Shown one piece after another: positions 29,038 to 44,241 of a stretch of 64,000 nt of DNA. Source of the DNA: the human T2T-CHM13v2.0 reference genome, Homo sapiens. How positions within the stretch are numbered: position 1 is the first letter of the stretch; each line of letters begins with the position of its first letter. The notes below the pieces were generated by a model that was not told the DNA's origin, ran no database searches, and was given only the letters and a program-made list of their open reading frames with translations. Made by a program: the position numbers and the translations under genes. The DNA is taken from the NCBI RefSeq assembly GCF_009914755.1, contig NC_060929.1, one strand, 5' to 3'.

Positions 29038-29335
29038 GGCCGGGTGCGGTAGCTCATGCCTATTTGTAATCCCGGCACTTTGGGAAGCCGAGGCGGGCGG
29101 ATCACTCGAGGCCAGGAGTTTGAGACCAGCCTGGCCAACATGGTGAAACTCCATCTCTACTAAAGATATAAAAAAATTAGCTGGGTGTGGTGGTGCGCAC
29201 CTGTAATCCCAGCTACTCAGGAGGCTGAGGCACAAGAATTGCTTGAACCTAGGAGGCAGAGGTTGCGGTGAGCCTAGATTAGGCCACTGCACTACAGCCT
29301 GGGAGACAGGGTGAAACTCTGTCTTAAAAAAAAAA
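29038..29335 (+). mobile_element. Alu (S-like) with target-site duplication
   Basis: ggccgggtgcggtagctc...poly-A, flanked by aaagtacactgg / aaagtacattgg. Confidence 0.9.
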
Positions 29336-30152
29336 GTACATTGGAAGTCTAGCCATCTTAATCACTTTTTACTACAGTCACCATGAACATTCTTTAGGAA
29401 TATTCTTCAGTTGATAAGTATAATGATAATAGTAATAATGAATTAGACTGAGTGGCTGTTTCCTGTAAATGAGAAAGTTAAATCTTACCGGAAGGATCAT
29501 GATGAATAATGATCCTTATGAGAAGGTCAAATCTTCTCAATTTTGAAGCAAGTTCTTTATTCCTATTCATTTTCTTATTCTGATTTGTGTCCTCCATTCC
29601 TTATTGTTTTTATGTATTCAAAAATACCATGACAATATTTAATATCATAATTATTTGAGTTTAAAACATGTTTAAATGTTTATCTTTCTATAATCGATAA
29701 GTTTATCTCTCACAAATGGTGATGAGCAGGGTTGAGGCAGCTTCGTCCACAAACAATTTTGTTTCTTCATGATCAATATCCATCTTTTTTGAGATGTTGA
29801 TTGCAGTGGGTGGAATTTTAGCCTTGCCTTTAAAGGTGATTTTACTTCTTAATTTTTGTCTTCAATCTTCTTATAATTTCATTTTAGGTCATTGTCTTCA
29901 CAATCTTCAACTACTTCAGATAGCCAACAACTTTGTTCTTTTTTAAAAAGAAAACAAAACAAAACAATGTCAGCTCTACTTAATTACCTGTTGACTTAAT
30001 TGCTGCTGTCCTCCAGTTTAAGTTGTTGAGCTCTTCTACTATTTTGGGAAGATTTCTTTGAGCACCGATTATACTCATTTTTCTTTCATTTTTGGTACCT
30101 GGCTGTATGAAAATATTTTAGGGTAGGAAAATTCACACTTATTTGGGCTTTA

Positions 30153-30367
<215 letters not shown>

Positions 30368-33300
30368 TGTCATTGTTTTTAATAACTTAAGTATAAGAAC
30401 CATGGGATATTAATAAAGGCACTTCCACTTGACAATTGTGGTGTTAATTATACCTTAGAATTTAACATTGTATACTTTTGATATATTTGATGCAAAATAT
30501 TTTTTGCCTTCACACCATATTAATGTGAATTGCTTTCTTTAAAGGGATCCCAGAGAACACGTATTTATAGCTGTAAGGATGTGTATCAAATTATATGTAA
30601 AATTACTTTGCTCTTTTTGGCTCTAATTACAAATGAGATGGCCTTTAATTCTGTGTAAAGAAATAGTATATTTACATATTGCAGGATAACCATGTTATAG
30701 GTAGGGTAAAGTTAATATAAATGCTGAAAAGGAATTAGTAGTGTCTACCTAGAAAAATAACTTCTGAGAAGATGATTTCTATGAAGATAAACATTAAGGA
30801 AATCTTCAGAAAAGGGAAAACCCTGTCCTACTTTATGGTGCTGGAATTCTCTTCATCCATAGCTATAGGACAAGAGCCAATATTGATCAGTAACTCATGA
30901 TAATAAATCACCATTGTTTGAGCAGTTTATTAATATATTTGTTAGACATCATGAAGGGACTTAAATACATTATTTCATTTAATACTTATAACAATTTCTA
31001 AAGTACATATGACTGTTCCAATTTGAAAGATAAAATAAGAGAAGCTGAGATGTGTATCTATTTTATCCAGTGCCAGTACATGGTGGAGATATTATTCAAA
31101 TGTGTATCTTTCAGGCTTCAGACTCATTCTTTTATCCACTATAATGTAGAGCTTTCTTTAGTAAGTCATTTCTCTGCTCAAACATGGTCTCGGCTAGGAA
31201 AATCAAGCACAAATTGTGTACAGGCAAATCTTTCTTTCTGTTGTGCTTAGAAGAAACTTCATGATTGTCTTCATCATTAATTTTGTACAATGTGTGATTG
31301 AGATGGCACTAAGTTTTTTTATGTTAAGTGATTTTTTTCTTGTAAGAGTTCGTGATCATCATTATCATTTGTTTTAATCAATGCCACACTGAGATAGGTA
31401 TTTTGGTTATGTAATTGTTAAGTAATTAAGAGTTGCCTTATAAGAACTACGTATCTGTTGTTTGGAAGTGATATAAGTAAGAATCGTTTAACATGTAAGA
31501 AAAGTCAGAAAACTGTGGTTTCCAATATCCTTGTGGAACACCTAAACTAAATACTATATACCAAAAATGACACCCTTCTTTCTTTACTGTGAATAAAGAC
31601 AGTGTTTGGGACAAGTATAGATGTTGATATTATTATTTCAGGGACCCTGAACTTGGCCAAAGGATTCAAGAAATGTTTACAATATTGCATACTTCAATAA
31701 CAATTTTAAAGACATAGATTCCCATGAAAATCTTCAAATGTGTGTAGGTCTTTCAGTCTTCTTCAGTCTTATTGTTGGCTGGGAAGCTCATAACAACTGA
31801 CAAATGATTTGTGACCAAATAACTGTTTTTACTTGACTAAGCCATGATAGAGCAGAATTAGCATCACGGAATAAATCCTATAATTTTGTTAATACAGTGG
31901 TTGGATAATGTAATTCTAATCTGTTGGTTTTGGAGAACCTCCTGGGGTTCTGACAACGGTGTCAAAATTTATTTATGTGTTTTCAAGAAATAATAGCACT
32001 AGGTCTGTTAGAATATCAGTGGATGACGTGCACTAGTAAGACATTAAACTATGCACTCTAATACTTATATGACTAACAGGACATACAGGCAGATTGTATG
32101 TCCTGACTGATATAGTAAAAGTCAGGCACAAAGTTCCTTAATCTTCAATTGATTTTACAAAATCAGTTAACAATAACTGTATTGAAATGACTTCTTGGTA
32201 TTAGCCTATACCCAGATATTAGGCTGATCCTCAAAGATGAGTTCAAAGGGCGCATAATCTCTTCACTAGGGGCTGGTTGAGATGGTGACATCTGAAATAT
32301 CACAGCCAAAATGCAAAAGATGGGTCATTGATTCATACACTATATCAAACTCTTTTATGACTTGGCGTTTGTTCAGTACTACTTTATATATTCACAAAAT
32401 ACTGTATTGTTGGAAATTAACACCTAAATTAACATATTGTTTTAATTCAAATATGTGATATTATCATTTTTCCAGAGTAAACCTTCTAAGGTTCATTTCC
32501 CTACCTCGCAAGACTCCACATTCCATGTAACATCTTCATCCCCAATTCCCATAATAAGGTGATTGAGGATCTGTTGTTTCCTTTTGTTCAAAATAAACCT
32601 GATGTGCTTCAAATATCATGTTGAATATACTGTCATCTGGTCTAATGTTATGTTTTGATTAGAGGCTACTATGATTGATTATTTTACAGATGCGTAATGG
32701 AATTAACGGTTATAAAAGTTGATATGTCTCCTTTAATTTTTTAATACAGAATTTTGCATTTACCTGAATTAGAGTTCTAGTGTTATGACAACATTGGGAA
32801 AAGAGTAAATATGAAAAAAGTAGAACAAAATCTCAAATTAATAGTTGAATATATATATAAAATATTAGCATACACATATGATAACTTTTTCATATGCCCT
32901 TGCAGTATTTTTAGATTGGAGATAAACCATCAAAACTATAGAACAAAATATTTAAGCTAGAGTGATATTTATTCTAAATCACTTTCTACTCTAAAATTTT
33001 GTTGCATCTTCTTTTTTTCCTCCTAAATCCTAAGGGTATATGAAAAGACAAAGAAAATTCAAGCAAGTTACAACTTCAGGCAAAGAAAACTCTCATAAGC
33101 AATTCCTGTATTTTACTTAGCATTTTCTATGAAATTCCATTTCCACAAGCACTAAGGTAATTTACCATTTAGTTGAATTGTTTGATTAATTTTCTATGTT
33201 TTAAGCACAATATCAGGTACTTACAGAAGGTATAATTAAAAATCACTTCCCTTGTTTTCCATGAACTTCTGCTCCCAAACCCAAAATTCTTTCAACAAGA

Positions 33301-34197
33301 AACAAACTATTTTCATGAATATAACTGAATTAGATTAAGGAAACCAATGTTGGTGACTTGGAAATACCAATATGGCACAAAGATGTTCAGGGTGATTTTA
33401 TTTATTTTATAAAATGATAATAAAATTTATTTTATAGTTGAAAAGCCTATTTCTGTCATATCATTGATTCTGTTACATAAAGTGCTAAATTTTGATATCT
33501 CATATTATGCTACTATGGCTTACATTAGAAATAATATATGTCAAATAAAAACTCATCTAGATCAATAGACTTTTCCTTTGTGGATTCTTTTTTAAAACTA
33601 CCAAGTTTGAGAATATGAATATATTTGTTTTTCATATTGTTCTGCAATGAATATAAAGTCACTTATAATCAGAAAGCAATTAAATGTAAATAACAGTAAA
33701 GAATGAGAACTATAGAAAATAGATATGAAAATGCAAGCCCACAGAGATGAGAATAGATCATGTGGAACATAAACACTAAAGAGCTGCTTTTATAAAACTT
33801 CAATTTTTTCTTTGAGTTCCCTAGCAGCCAAAGTAACAAGGGAGACTGAAAGTAAAACAATTCAAATTTGATAGTATTTTTATATGAGGAACAACACTTT
33901 CAGGAAATGTTTAACCCTAGTTTTTCATGAGGCCACCTTAACAACTGAATTCTCTTTCTCTCTCACTCTGTGTATAAGTATTTTAGATAAGTAAAAGAAC
34001 AATGTTATAATGTTAAGTCAAACATAGACACAATAATTTAAATTTGATGTTAATCGAGAAATACAATGCCATTTCCATATATATTTAGTTTCAATATGAC
34101 TTATAATCTGAATATTCCATAAATAAGCACGTTGGAAATATTTGGGGGAAGAAACCCAAAACACGTGAAATTCTGTGGTGGTAAATGCAGTGCACAG

Positions 34198-34236
34198 TAC
34201 TCACAGTTTTAGGCGCAAGGTGTCGCTCTTTACTTG
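34198..34236 (+). promoter_or_regulatory. alpha11 promoter CSE
   Basis: TACTCACA-N7-GCGCAAGGTGTCGCTC with CGCT at 34224-34227. Confidence 0.85.
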
Positions 34237-34428
34237 GTGGAAAGTTCATTTAAAGGTTGGTCTGAACAGTGAGGCACTCCCATACAAAGGAACTCCATCA
34301 TACCGGATGCCACCGTTTAAGGATCCTTTGAAACTTCTTAAGAATTCAACGAGATTTTTAACCTGAAACTGAAGAATCTGGTACTGTAAGTGTAAAGAAG
34401 CTTATTTTGGAAGCCAATTTCGTATGCG

Positions 34429-36819
34429 ATGTTTGGTTTTCAGAGAAGGGGATTGGGCACCCCACGACTACAGCTCTGGCTTCTCCTCCTCGAATTCTGG
34501 GAGGTGGGGAGCGGCCAGCTCCACTACTCCGTCTCGGAGGAGGCCAAACACGGCACCTTCGTGGGCCGCATCGCGCAGGACCTGGGGCTGGAGCTGGCGG
34601 AGCTGGTGCAGCGCCTGTTCCGGGTGGCGTCCAAAACACATGGGGACCTTCTGGAGGTAAATCTGCAGAATGGCATTTTGTTTGTGAATTCTCGGATCGA
34701 CCGCGAGGAGCTGTGCGGGCAGAGCGCGGAGTGCAGCATCCACCTGGAGGTGATCGTGGACAGGCCGCTGCAGGTTTTCCATGTGAACGTGGAGGTGAAG
34801 GACATTAACGACAACCCGCCGGTGTTCTCGCTCAGAGAACAAAAGCTGCTGATTGCGGAATCTAAGCAATCGGACTCGCGTTTTCCACTAGAGGGAGCTT
34901 CTGATGCTGACATTGAAGAGAATGCTCTATTGACCTACAGGCTAAGTAAAAATGAGTATTTTTCTTTAGATTCACCAACAAATGGTAAGCAGATTAAAAG
35001 ACTGTCACTTATTTTAAAGAAGTCTCTGGATAGAGAGAAAACTCCGGAACTTAATTTGCTGCTAACAGCTACAGACGGGGGAAAACCAGAGCTTACTGGC
35101 ACCGTTCGGCTGTTAGTCCAAGTCTTGGATGTCAACGACAATGATCCAGAGTTTGATAAATCAGAATATAAGGTGAGCCTTATGGAAAATGCTGCTAAAG
35201 AAACTCTTGTGCTCAAACTAAACGCCACAGACCGAGACGAAGGAGTCAATGGAGAGGTAACATACTCCTTAATGTCAATTAAGCCCAATGGAAGACACTT
35301 ATTTACACTAGATCAAAATAATGGAGAAGTGAGGGTCAATGGAACTTTAGATTATGAAGAAAACAAGTTTTATAAAATTGAAGTACAGGCTACAGATAAG
35401 GGGACTCCCCCAATGGCAGGTCACTGTACAGTCTGGGTGGAAATCTTGGACACCAACGATAACTCTCCTGAAGTCGCCGTGACTTCCTTGTCCCTCCCAG
35501 TACGAGAGGACGCTCAGCCCAGCACGGTCATTGCCCTGATCAGCGTGTCTGACCGTGACTCAGGTGTCAACGGACAGGTGACCTGCTCGCTGACGCCCCA
35601 CGTTCCCTTCAAGCTGGTGTCCACCTTCAAGAATTACTACTCGTTGGTGCTGGACAGCGCCCTGGACCGCGAGAACGTGTGGGCCTATGAACTGGTGGTG
35701 ACTGCGCGGGATGGGGGTTCGCCTTCTCTGTGGGCCACGGCCAGGGTATCCGTGGAGGTGGCCGACGTGAACGACAATGCGCCTGCGTTCGCACAGCCCG
35801 AGTACACCGTGTTCGTGAAGGAGAACAACCCACCAGGCTGCCACATCTTCACAGTGTCGGCGCGGGACGCGGACGCGCAGGAGAACGCGCTGGTGTCCTA
35901 CTCGCTGGTGGAGCGGCGGTTGGGCGACCGCGCGCTGTCGAGCTACGTGTCGGTGCACGCGGAGAGCGGCAAGGTGTACGCGCTGCAGCCGTTGGACCAC
36001 GAGGAGCTGGAGCTGCTACAGTTCCAGGTGAGCGCGCGCGATGCGGGCGTGCCGCCTCTGAGCAGCAACGTGACGCTGCAGGTGTTCGTGCTGGACGAGA
36101 ACGACAACGCGCCGGCACTGCTGGCGACTCAGGCTGGCAGCGCGGGAGGCGCAGTTAACAAGCTAGTACCGCGGTCGGTGGGTGCGGGCCACGTGGTGGC
36201 GAAGGTGCGCGCAGTGGATGCGGACTCAGGCTACAACGCGTGGCTTTCATATGAATTGCAGCCGGCGGCGGGCGGCTCGCGCATCCCGTTCCGCGTGGGG
36301 CTGTACACGGGCGAGATAAGCACAACGCGTGCCCTGGACGAGGCAGACTCGCCGCGCCACCGACTTCTAGTACTGGTGAAGGATCACGGTGAGCCGGCGC
36401 TGACGGCCACGGCCACCGTGCTGGTGTCGTTGGTGGAGAGCGGACAGGCGCCAAAGGCCTCTTCCCGGACTTTGGCGGGCGCCGCGAGCCCAGAGGCTGC
36501 GCTGGTGGATGTCAACGTGTACCTGATCATCGCCATCTGCGTGGTGTCCAGCCTCCTGGTACTCACGCTGCTGCTGTATACGGCGCTGTGGTGGTCGGCA
36601 ACGCCCACTGAGGGCGCGTGCGCGCCGGGGAAGCCCACGCTGGTGTGCTCCCGCGCGGTGGGGAGCTGGTCATACTCGCAGCAGAGGCGGCAGAGGGTGT
36701 GCTCTGAGGAGGGCCCACCTAAGACGGACCTCATGGCCTTCAGCCCCAGTCTTCCTCTAGGTCTGAATAAAGAGGAGGAAGGGGAAAGACAGGAGCCAGG
36801 GTCAAATCACCCCGGACAG
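34429..36819 (+). CDS. PCDHA11: Protocadherin alpha-11 variable exon (797 codons)
   Basis: [17 protein letters not shown] signal peptide, six EC repeats, TM. Phase-0 donor CAG|GTGAGT at 36819/36820. Confidence 0.95.
34885..34898 (+). promoter_or_regulatory. eCBS of alpha11
   Basis: CCACTAGAGGGAGC, a C>A change at core position 12. Confidence 0.7.
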
Positions 36820-37670
36820 GTGAGTTTTCTACAGATTCCACCTATCAGGAAGTGTATGTGAAATTATTTAAAATCCAGTTTTTTTTCACGGATTTTTTAA
36901 GGGAAAGTTTTATGAATAACCAGTGTTTTGAATATTGTTTTAGATAACAATGTCTGTTCATAAAATACCAAATGATACACATCTTCAGTCTTTTAATCAT
37001 ATGAATAATCTGGCTTCTTTAACCAATAAATGTCCTATTTCTCTTAATATTTGGTTAGCAAATCCTAAAAGAAATGAGATGCAAGAGTGACTCTTCTGTA
37101 GTCACTTGAGTAGAAATAATTACTATTTTCACTAAAGTACCCATGCCCCTTCATCTCTAAACTTCAATTATGACCATAATAACTATGGATTATTTAAATT
37201 TGCTCCTCTTTGTCTTTTAGCAGAGTTTTGCCTTGATATTTCCACATTGTTAGATCAACTGGCTTTGTTTTTCTAAAGGGAGGAGGTCTTCCTATGATGT
37301 CCAGGTTGGACTGCAGTGGCTATTTACAGGTGACCTGTAGCCTGGAACTGCTAAGCTCAAAGAATTCTCCCACTTCAGCCTCCAGAGTAGCTGGGAATGC
37401 AGTGCCACTGCACTTAGTCCATTGGCTTTCCTAACTTCAGGCTTGTATCAAAGCTAGAATACTCCATTAGTATGACATGATTTACTTTTCTTTTTTTTTT
37501 TTACAGTGTTAAACGTTCATCATAAATTCATTATATATGAAACAATCTTTACTTTTGTCTTTATTCCTGTGATAATACTTGTTTTCATATTGTTTGAAGA
37601 AAAAAGTTAAGCCTTGCATTCTTATATGCTGCTTTATGGAAATAATATGACTAAAATTCTACATGTTCTT

Positions 37671-37930
37671 GCCAGGCAAAGTGGTTCAGGCCTGTAATCC
37701 CAGCTATTTGGGAGGCTGAGGCAGGAGAATTGCTTGAGCCCAAGAGTTCGAGGCCTGCCTGGACAACATAGCGAGATCCTGTCTCTATAAAAAATTAAAA
37801 AATTAGCCAGACCTAGTGGTGCATGCCTGTAGTCCCAGTTTCTTGGGAGGCTGACATGAGAGGATCCCCTGAACCCAGGGGTTCAGGGCTGCAGTGACCT
37901 ATCATCGTGAGACCCCCATCTGAAAAAATA
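37671..37930 (+). mobile_element. Old Alu, 3'-truncated
   Basis: gccaggcaaagtggttcaggcctgtaatccc...gctgcagtgacc. Confidence 0.75.
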
Positions 37931-38889
37931 ATTTTTTTTGCCTGTTCTTGATTTTGTTCCATGAAAAGGCAAGAGATTTGTCAACTATTGGATACTCAAA
38001 CAAAATGGCATGATTTATGATTCCAAAGGAAACTAGGTAAATAAAATTATTCAAATTATCTAAACTTGCTAAAGACATGCATATAGGGCTATATTATCTA
38101 TAATATATGCTAGTTGGCATTCTTCCATAAGTTTTTCAGATTCATCTAGCAGAGAAAAAATTAAATATATTAATGTGAGTACCTACTGACAATTATCAGT
38201 TTCATTCATCTCACTTTGTAACTGCTCTATCTTGTAATGCCTTATCTCTAATGTTTTTGAAATTTTCTTTCCACGTAGTATCATCCCATCTGAAGATTTG
38301 AGCAAAGATCATTTACTTCTGAGTCATTCTTCATATTTAGTTATTCTTACTACACGTAGAGTGGTGGTATTACAGACTTTCTTGAGAATCATATCTAGCT
38401 ATTTCCCCCCCGTATAGAGGCATAACATACCATTTGGCACAATATTCAAAGAGTCTATGCTGAAGCCTATTCATAGACTTTAGATCGAGAGCTTTTGTAT
38501 CATAATATTCATTGGCTAAAAACATTCTTTAAGTATTAAAGAGAAGGCAACAATATAAAAATATAAAATATTTCAGACTCAAAAGTGATTAAACCATCAT
38601 ACCACTTATGAAACTTTATAAATATAATAAAGGTGAATATTAGATAGGGCATACATTACTCATCTCCAGATGAAATTTTTGGAATAACTGAAGATCTTTT
38701 AAAGACTTGGGAATGTTTTCAGTACAGGTTAAAATTTTGTAAATTATTATTTTATATCACATAAATAACAAATTTGCATTTTAGATAATTCAAATTACTT
38801 GGACTGATTTCTGCAAAGTTGTGTCTTTTATACTTAATGCCAAGATTGCATTCTATGGTATAAAATTATAATTTCAATTTATTTTCTAG

Positions 38890-39285
<396 letters not shown>

Positions 39286-40558
39286 TATTTTTTAAAATTA
39301 AAGTTCCTTAGCATGTATGGTACATTGACCACTTTTGAAAATGAAAAATAGGAAAGAAACTTGGTGATGATATTAGACAATTTAAATAATTAGCCTGATG
39401 ACATCAAAATTCAAATATGTTTTTAATTACTTAACGTTTTATAGTTTATTTAAGTTATCTTATACTTGTAGAGCCATTCTTGGTTACTCTTTCCTGGTGT
39501 TGTAAAGGTGTCATATTTCAGTTGCCTTTATTATTATATGCAGTAGGAATGAATGGCAACAAATTATTGGTTTAAAGATTTTGACTTGAGTATTAATAGA
39601 CTTACAAAATCTATGTGTACTTGTTCACAATGAGTTGTAGGATCTTATCTGTTTTTTTCTCTTAAAGCTGATCTTGAATTAATGAATAAACTCATGAAAG
39701 GTCTTTTGATGCCCCCTTGCATAACAGTCACCATTCTGATTTTCTGAAGAGAAGCATGTCCTAACTACTAAATGACCTGTAGGGGAAGATTTAGAGAAAA
39801 AGCAAAAGGTTGATATCAAGTTCACATTCTCTTGACTTTAGTCAATGAGATTAGGCTCCAAAACCCTTTAAGAGATCTTTCGCATTTTAGTGCTCCATTG
39901 TTGCTTTGGGATAGTGTGAAATTTGGAGGCTTCAACTAAACATTTTACATTAAAGTGCTTTACTTTTGCTAGAGTAAAACTTTCCAGAATCTATTCCTGA
40001 GATTTGTTTTAACATGTTATGGAAATGAGAGCAGTTATGTGAAAAGTTATCACATTCAAGCATCAAGGAACCAAACAATAACGCTCTCCATATTTATGAT
40101 GAATTCTAACTTTCATCAGATTTATGAATAAGACAATTTATATAAATGAAATATTGTTTGGTATTAGACATATTTTAGTTTCTTATCCTTTGTTAAATAC
40201 AAATTCCTAACTTTCTCTAAAATCTTACGATGGAGTGCTTGTGAAGGTTAAAAGTTATTGAAACAGCGGAATTGTAAGCTATATAAGGGGAGGGGTGCTG
40301 TATATTATTCTGTATATCATTTTCCATGATAAAGTGTAGGTTCTGGCCTACTGTATTTGAAAGATTTCTACTTTGAAGCAGAAAACATTTTTAAGCTACA
40401 GCGTAATAAAATTGTTGATGTTTTGTTACTAATATCATGTATATTAACTAAACCCGCATTTATAAATGATCCGTGAAAAATAACCCAAAGTCGAAACATT
40501 AGAATTAAGAGTGACCCAGGAAGTGGCTAAACCGAAAAGAACCTCAGGATCTTTCTTG

Positions 40559-40597
40559 TACTTACATAATCAGTCACATGATGTCGCTCTACACTCA
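40559..40597 (+). promoter_or_regulatory. alpha12 promoter CSE
   Basis: TACTTACA-N7-TCACATGATGTCGCTC with CGCT at 40585-40588. Confidence 0.88.
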
Positions 40598-40797
40598 GAA
40601 GGTGAAACAGGAAAATTTTTTTCTCCGCACCCACATTCCAATCATTCACGGAATAGGATCGACTCCATAATGACTGTGATGCTGGAAAAAATTTACTAAA
40701 TATGTACTTACAGAAAAGGGTGACTGCTCATAAAATACCTCAGGCAAGCGATCCCTTAAAACTGATTGTCCCAACTCAGAGGCCCTCATTTTCTGCA

Positions 40798-43164
40798 ATG
40801 GTGATTATCGGACCAAGAGGCCCGGGATCCCAGCGTCTGCTGCTCTCGCTTCTGCTCCTTGCAGCCTGGGAGGTGGGGAGCGGCCAGCTCCACTACTCCG
40901 TCTACGAGGAGGCCAAACACGGCACCTTCGTGGGCCGCATCGCTCAGGACCTGGGGCTGGAGCTGGCGGAGCTGGTGCCGCGCCTGTTCCGGGTGGCGTC
41001 CAAAAGACACGGGGACCTTCTGGAGGTAAATCTGCAGAATGGCATTTTGTTTGTGAATTCTCGGATCGACCGCGAGAAGCTGTGCGGGCGGAGCGCGGAG
41101 TGCAGTATCCACCTGGAGGTGATCGTGGACAGGCCGCTGCAGGTTTTCCATGTGGACGTGGAGGTGAAGGACATTAACGACAACCCGCCGGTGTTCAGAG
41201 AAAGGGAACAAAAGGTACCTGTTTCTGAATCTGCGCCTCTGGACTCTCATTTTCCTCTAGAGGGCGCTTCTGATGCGGATATCGGCGTAAACTCTCTTTT
41301 GACCTATGCGTTAAGTCTAAATGAGAATTTTGAGCTTAAAATAAAAACAAAAAAAGATAAAAGTATATTGCCTGAATTAGTTCTTCGGAAGTTATTGGAC
41401 AGAGAGCAAACGCCAAAACTCAATTTATTGCTGATGGTAATCGATGGCGGTAAACCAGAACTAACAGGGTCTGTCCAGATTCAAATAACCGTCCTGGATG
41501 TGAATGACAATGGTCCGGCGTTTGATAAGCCCAGCTATAAAGTAGTGTTGTCTGAAAATGTCCAAAACGACACAAGAGTGATCCAACTAAATGCTTCCGA
41601 TCCAGACGAAGGACTTAATGGAGAAATTTCCTATGGGATCAAAATGATTTTGCCAGTGAGTGAGAAATGTATGTTTTCAATAAATCCAGACACAGGTGAA
41701 ATTAGAATTTATGGTGAACTGGATTTTGAAGAGAATAATGCCTATGAAATTCAGGTTAACGCCATTGATAAAGGGATTCCTTCCATGGCAGGTCACAGCA
41801 TGGTCCTGGTGGAAGTTCTGGACGTGAATGACAATGTCCCTGAAGTAATGGTTACTTCACTGTCGCTCCCTGTGCAAGAGGATGCTCAGGTGGGTACCGT
41901 CATTGCCCTGATTAGCGTGTCGGATCGTGACTCTGGAGCCAATGGACAGGTCATCTGCTCACTGACACCTCATGTTCCCTTCAAGCTGGTGTCCACCTAC
42001 AAGAATTACTACTCGTTGGTGCTGGACAGCGCCCTGGACCGCGAGAGCGTGTCGGCCTATGAGCTGGTGGTGACTGCGCGGGATGGGGGCTCGCCTTCGC
42101 TGTGGGCCACGGCTAGAGTGTCCGTGGAGGTGGCCGACGTGAACGACAATGCGCCTGCGTTCGCGCAGCCCGAGTACACAGTGTTCGTGAAGGAGAACAA
42201 CCCGCCGGGCTGCCACATCTTCACGGTGTCGGCATGGGACGCGGACGCGCAGAAGAACGCGCTGGTGTCCTACTCGCTGGTGGAGCGGCGGGTGGGCGAG
42301 CACGCACTGTCGAGCTACGTGTCGGTGCACGCGGAGAGCGGCAAGGTGTACGCGCTGCAGCCGCTAGACCACGAGGAGCTGGAGCTGCTGCAGTTCCAGG
42401 TGAGCGCGCGCGACGCCGGCGTGCCGCCTCTGGGCAGCAACGTGACGCTGCAGGTGTTCGTGCTGGACGAGAACGACAACGCGCCGGCACTGCTGGCGAC
42501 TCCGGCTGGCAGCGCAGGAGGCGCAGTTAGCGAGTTGGTACCGCGGTCGGTGGGTGCGGGCCACGTGGTGGCGAAAGTGCGCGCGGTGGACGCTGACTCC
42601 GGCTATAACGCTTGGCTGTCCTACGAGTTGCAACCGGCGGCGGTCGGCGCGCACATCCCGTTCCACGTGGGGCTGTACACTGGCGAGATCAGCACGACAC
42701 GCATCCTGGATGAGGCGGACGCTCCGCGCCACCGCCTGCTGGTGCTGGTGAAGGACCACGGTGAGCCCGCGCTGACGTCCACGGCCACGGTGCTGGTGTC
42801 GCTGGTGGAGAACGGCCAGGCCCCAAAGACGTCGTCGCGGGCCTCAGTGGGCGCTGTGGATCCCGAAGCGGCTCTGGTGGATATTAACGTGTACCTCATC
42901 ATCGCCATCTGTGCGGTGTCCAGCCTGCTGGTGCTCACGCTGCTGCTGTACACTGCGCTGCGTTGCTCAGCGCCGCCCACCGTGAGCCGGTGCGCGCCGG
43001 GCAAGCCCACGCTGGTGTGCTCCAGCGCCGTGGGGAGTTGGTCTTACTCGCAGCAGAGGAGGCAGAGGGTGTGCTCTGCAGAGAGCCCGCCCAAGACGGA
43101 CCTCATGGCCTTCAGCCCAAGCCTTCAGCTGTCTCGAGAAGATTGTTTAAATCCTCCCAGTGAA
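40798..43164 (+). CDS. PCDHA12: Protocadherin alpha-12 variable exon (789 codons)
   Basis: gcaATGg start ([16 protein letters not shown]) aligns with the paralogue starts. Phase-0 donor GAA|GTAAGT at 43164/43165. Confidence 0.95.
41254..41267 (+). promoter_or_regulatory. eCBS of alpha12
   Basis: CCTCTAGAGGGCGC, 456 nt after the ATG. Confidence 0.8.
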
Positions 43165-44114
43165 GTAAGTTATTAATATTATTTAGATATATTTGTTTCC
43201 TTGAAGAACTTCCGTTTAGGTTATAACTACATTCTCTCATTTTTCTTTATGATTCTATCCTTTAAACTATCGAATGTCTCATCTTTCTTGGTCATTCTTA
43301 CTCATTTTGAACTTTTATGTATTTGTCTAACATTAATGAAGGAAATATGTAGGTACAATGGAGGCCATGGAGCACCACACTTAATATTTTTCTTTTTCTA
43401 TAATATTTTATATGACTGATGAACCTTGAAAAAAACAGTATATTAGATTAAAAAGTGGCCAGATGTTTGATAACTTAAAAATTTAATTTGTTCATAATTT
43501 CAAGATTACAGGTAAGTTGCAAGAATGGTACAAAGAGTTCCTAGATCCCATTAATGGATTCTTTAACTCTTCCTCACGTGCTTAGGCTTTTAAAATAGCC
43601 TTCTTGATCACTATTCTAATTTCAGTACAATCTAGACATTTTCACATTATATTCCAGGTATTATCACAATAATATAAATGATATGTCTGACATATGATGA
43701 ATGATTTTCTTCATTGCTCACAAAATATCTTCTTTATTTCAAGTAGGAATAGATACTGTACTATTCTTATTTACATGAAATATAATAAAATCATTTCTCA
43801 ATTTAAAAATATTTAACCATCTGTACGATACAGTACAGTTGGTAACCAACTGTGGCTCAAACCAGTTTCAGATGATCCCAAACTTATCATAGTATACCAC
43901 TGCCCTGTGCCTATTACCAAGTGAATCTTCTAATGTGCATTTTACATATTTTAACTTTCTATTTCTACAAAAATATCCAGAGGCTTCTCTTTAACCAGGG
44001 AATAAAGTCTTACATACCCCAGCCTGGTAGTAAAGGCATTAAAATTTCCAGCCTTATATCTACTTTCTTACATATCTTTAGTTTAGGATCTGGAATATAG
44101 TATATGTTCAATCA

Positions 44115-44241
44115 CTTTTTAAAAACATATGGGGGTCTTGCTATGTTGCACAGGCTGGACTAGAACTTCTGGGTTCAACTGATCCTCCATTTCAGCCTTT
44201 CAAGTAGCTGAGACTACAGGCAGGCTCCACCACTCCCAGCT
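44115..44241 (-). mobile_element. Alu monomer (FLAM-like)
   Basis: gggtcttgctatgttgcacaggctgg...gtagctgagactacagg. Confidence 0.65.

Noticed and set aside
40703-40712. Second TGTACTTACA box downstream of the alpha12 CSE
   Set aside because: It is not followed by a CSE core at the 7-nt spacing and cannot be distinguished from chance.
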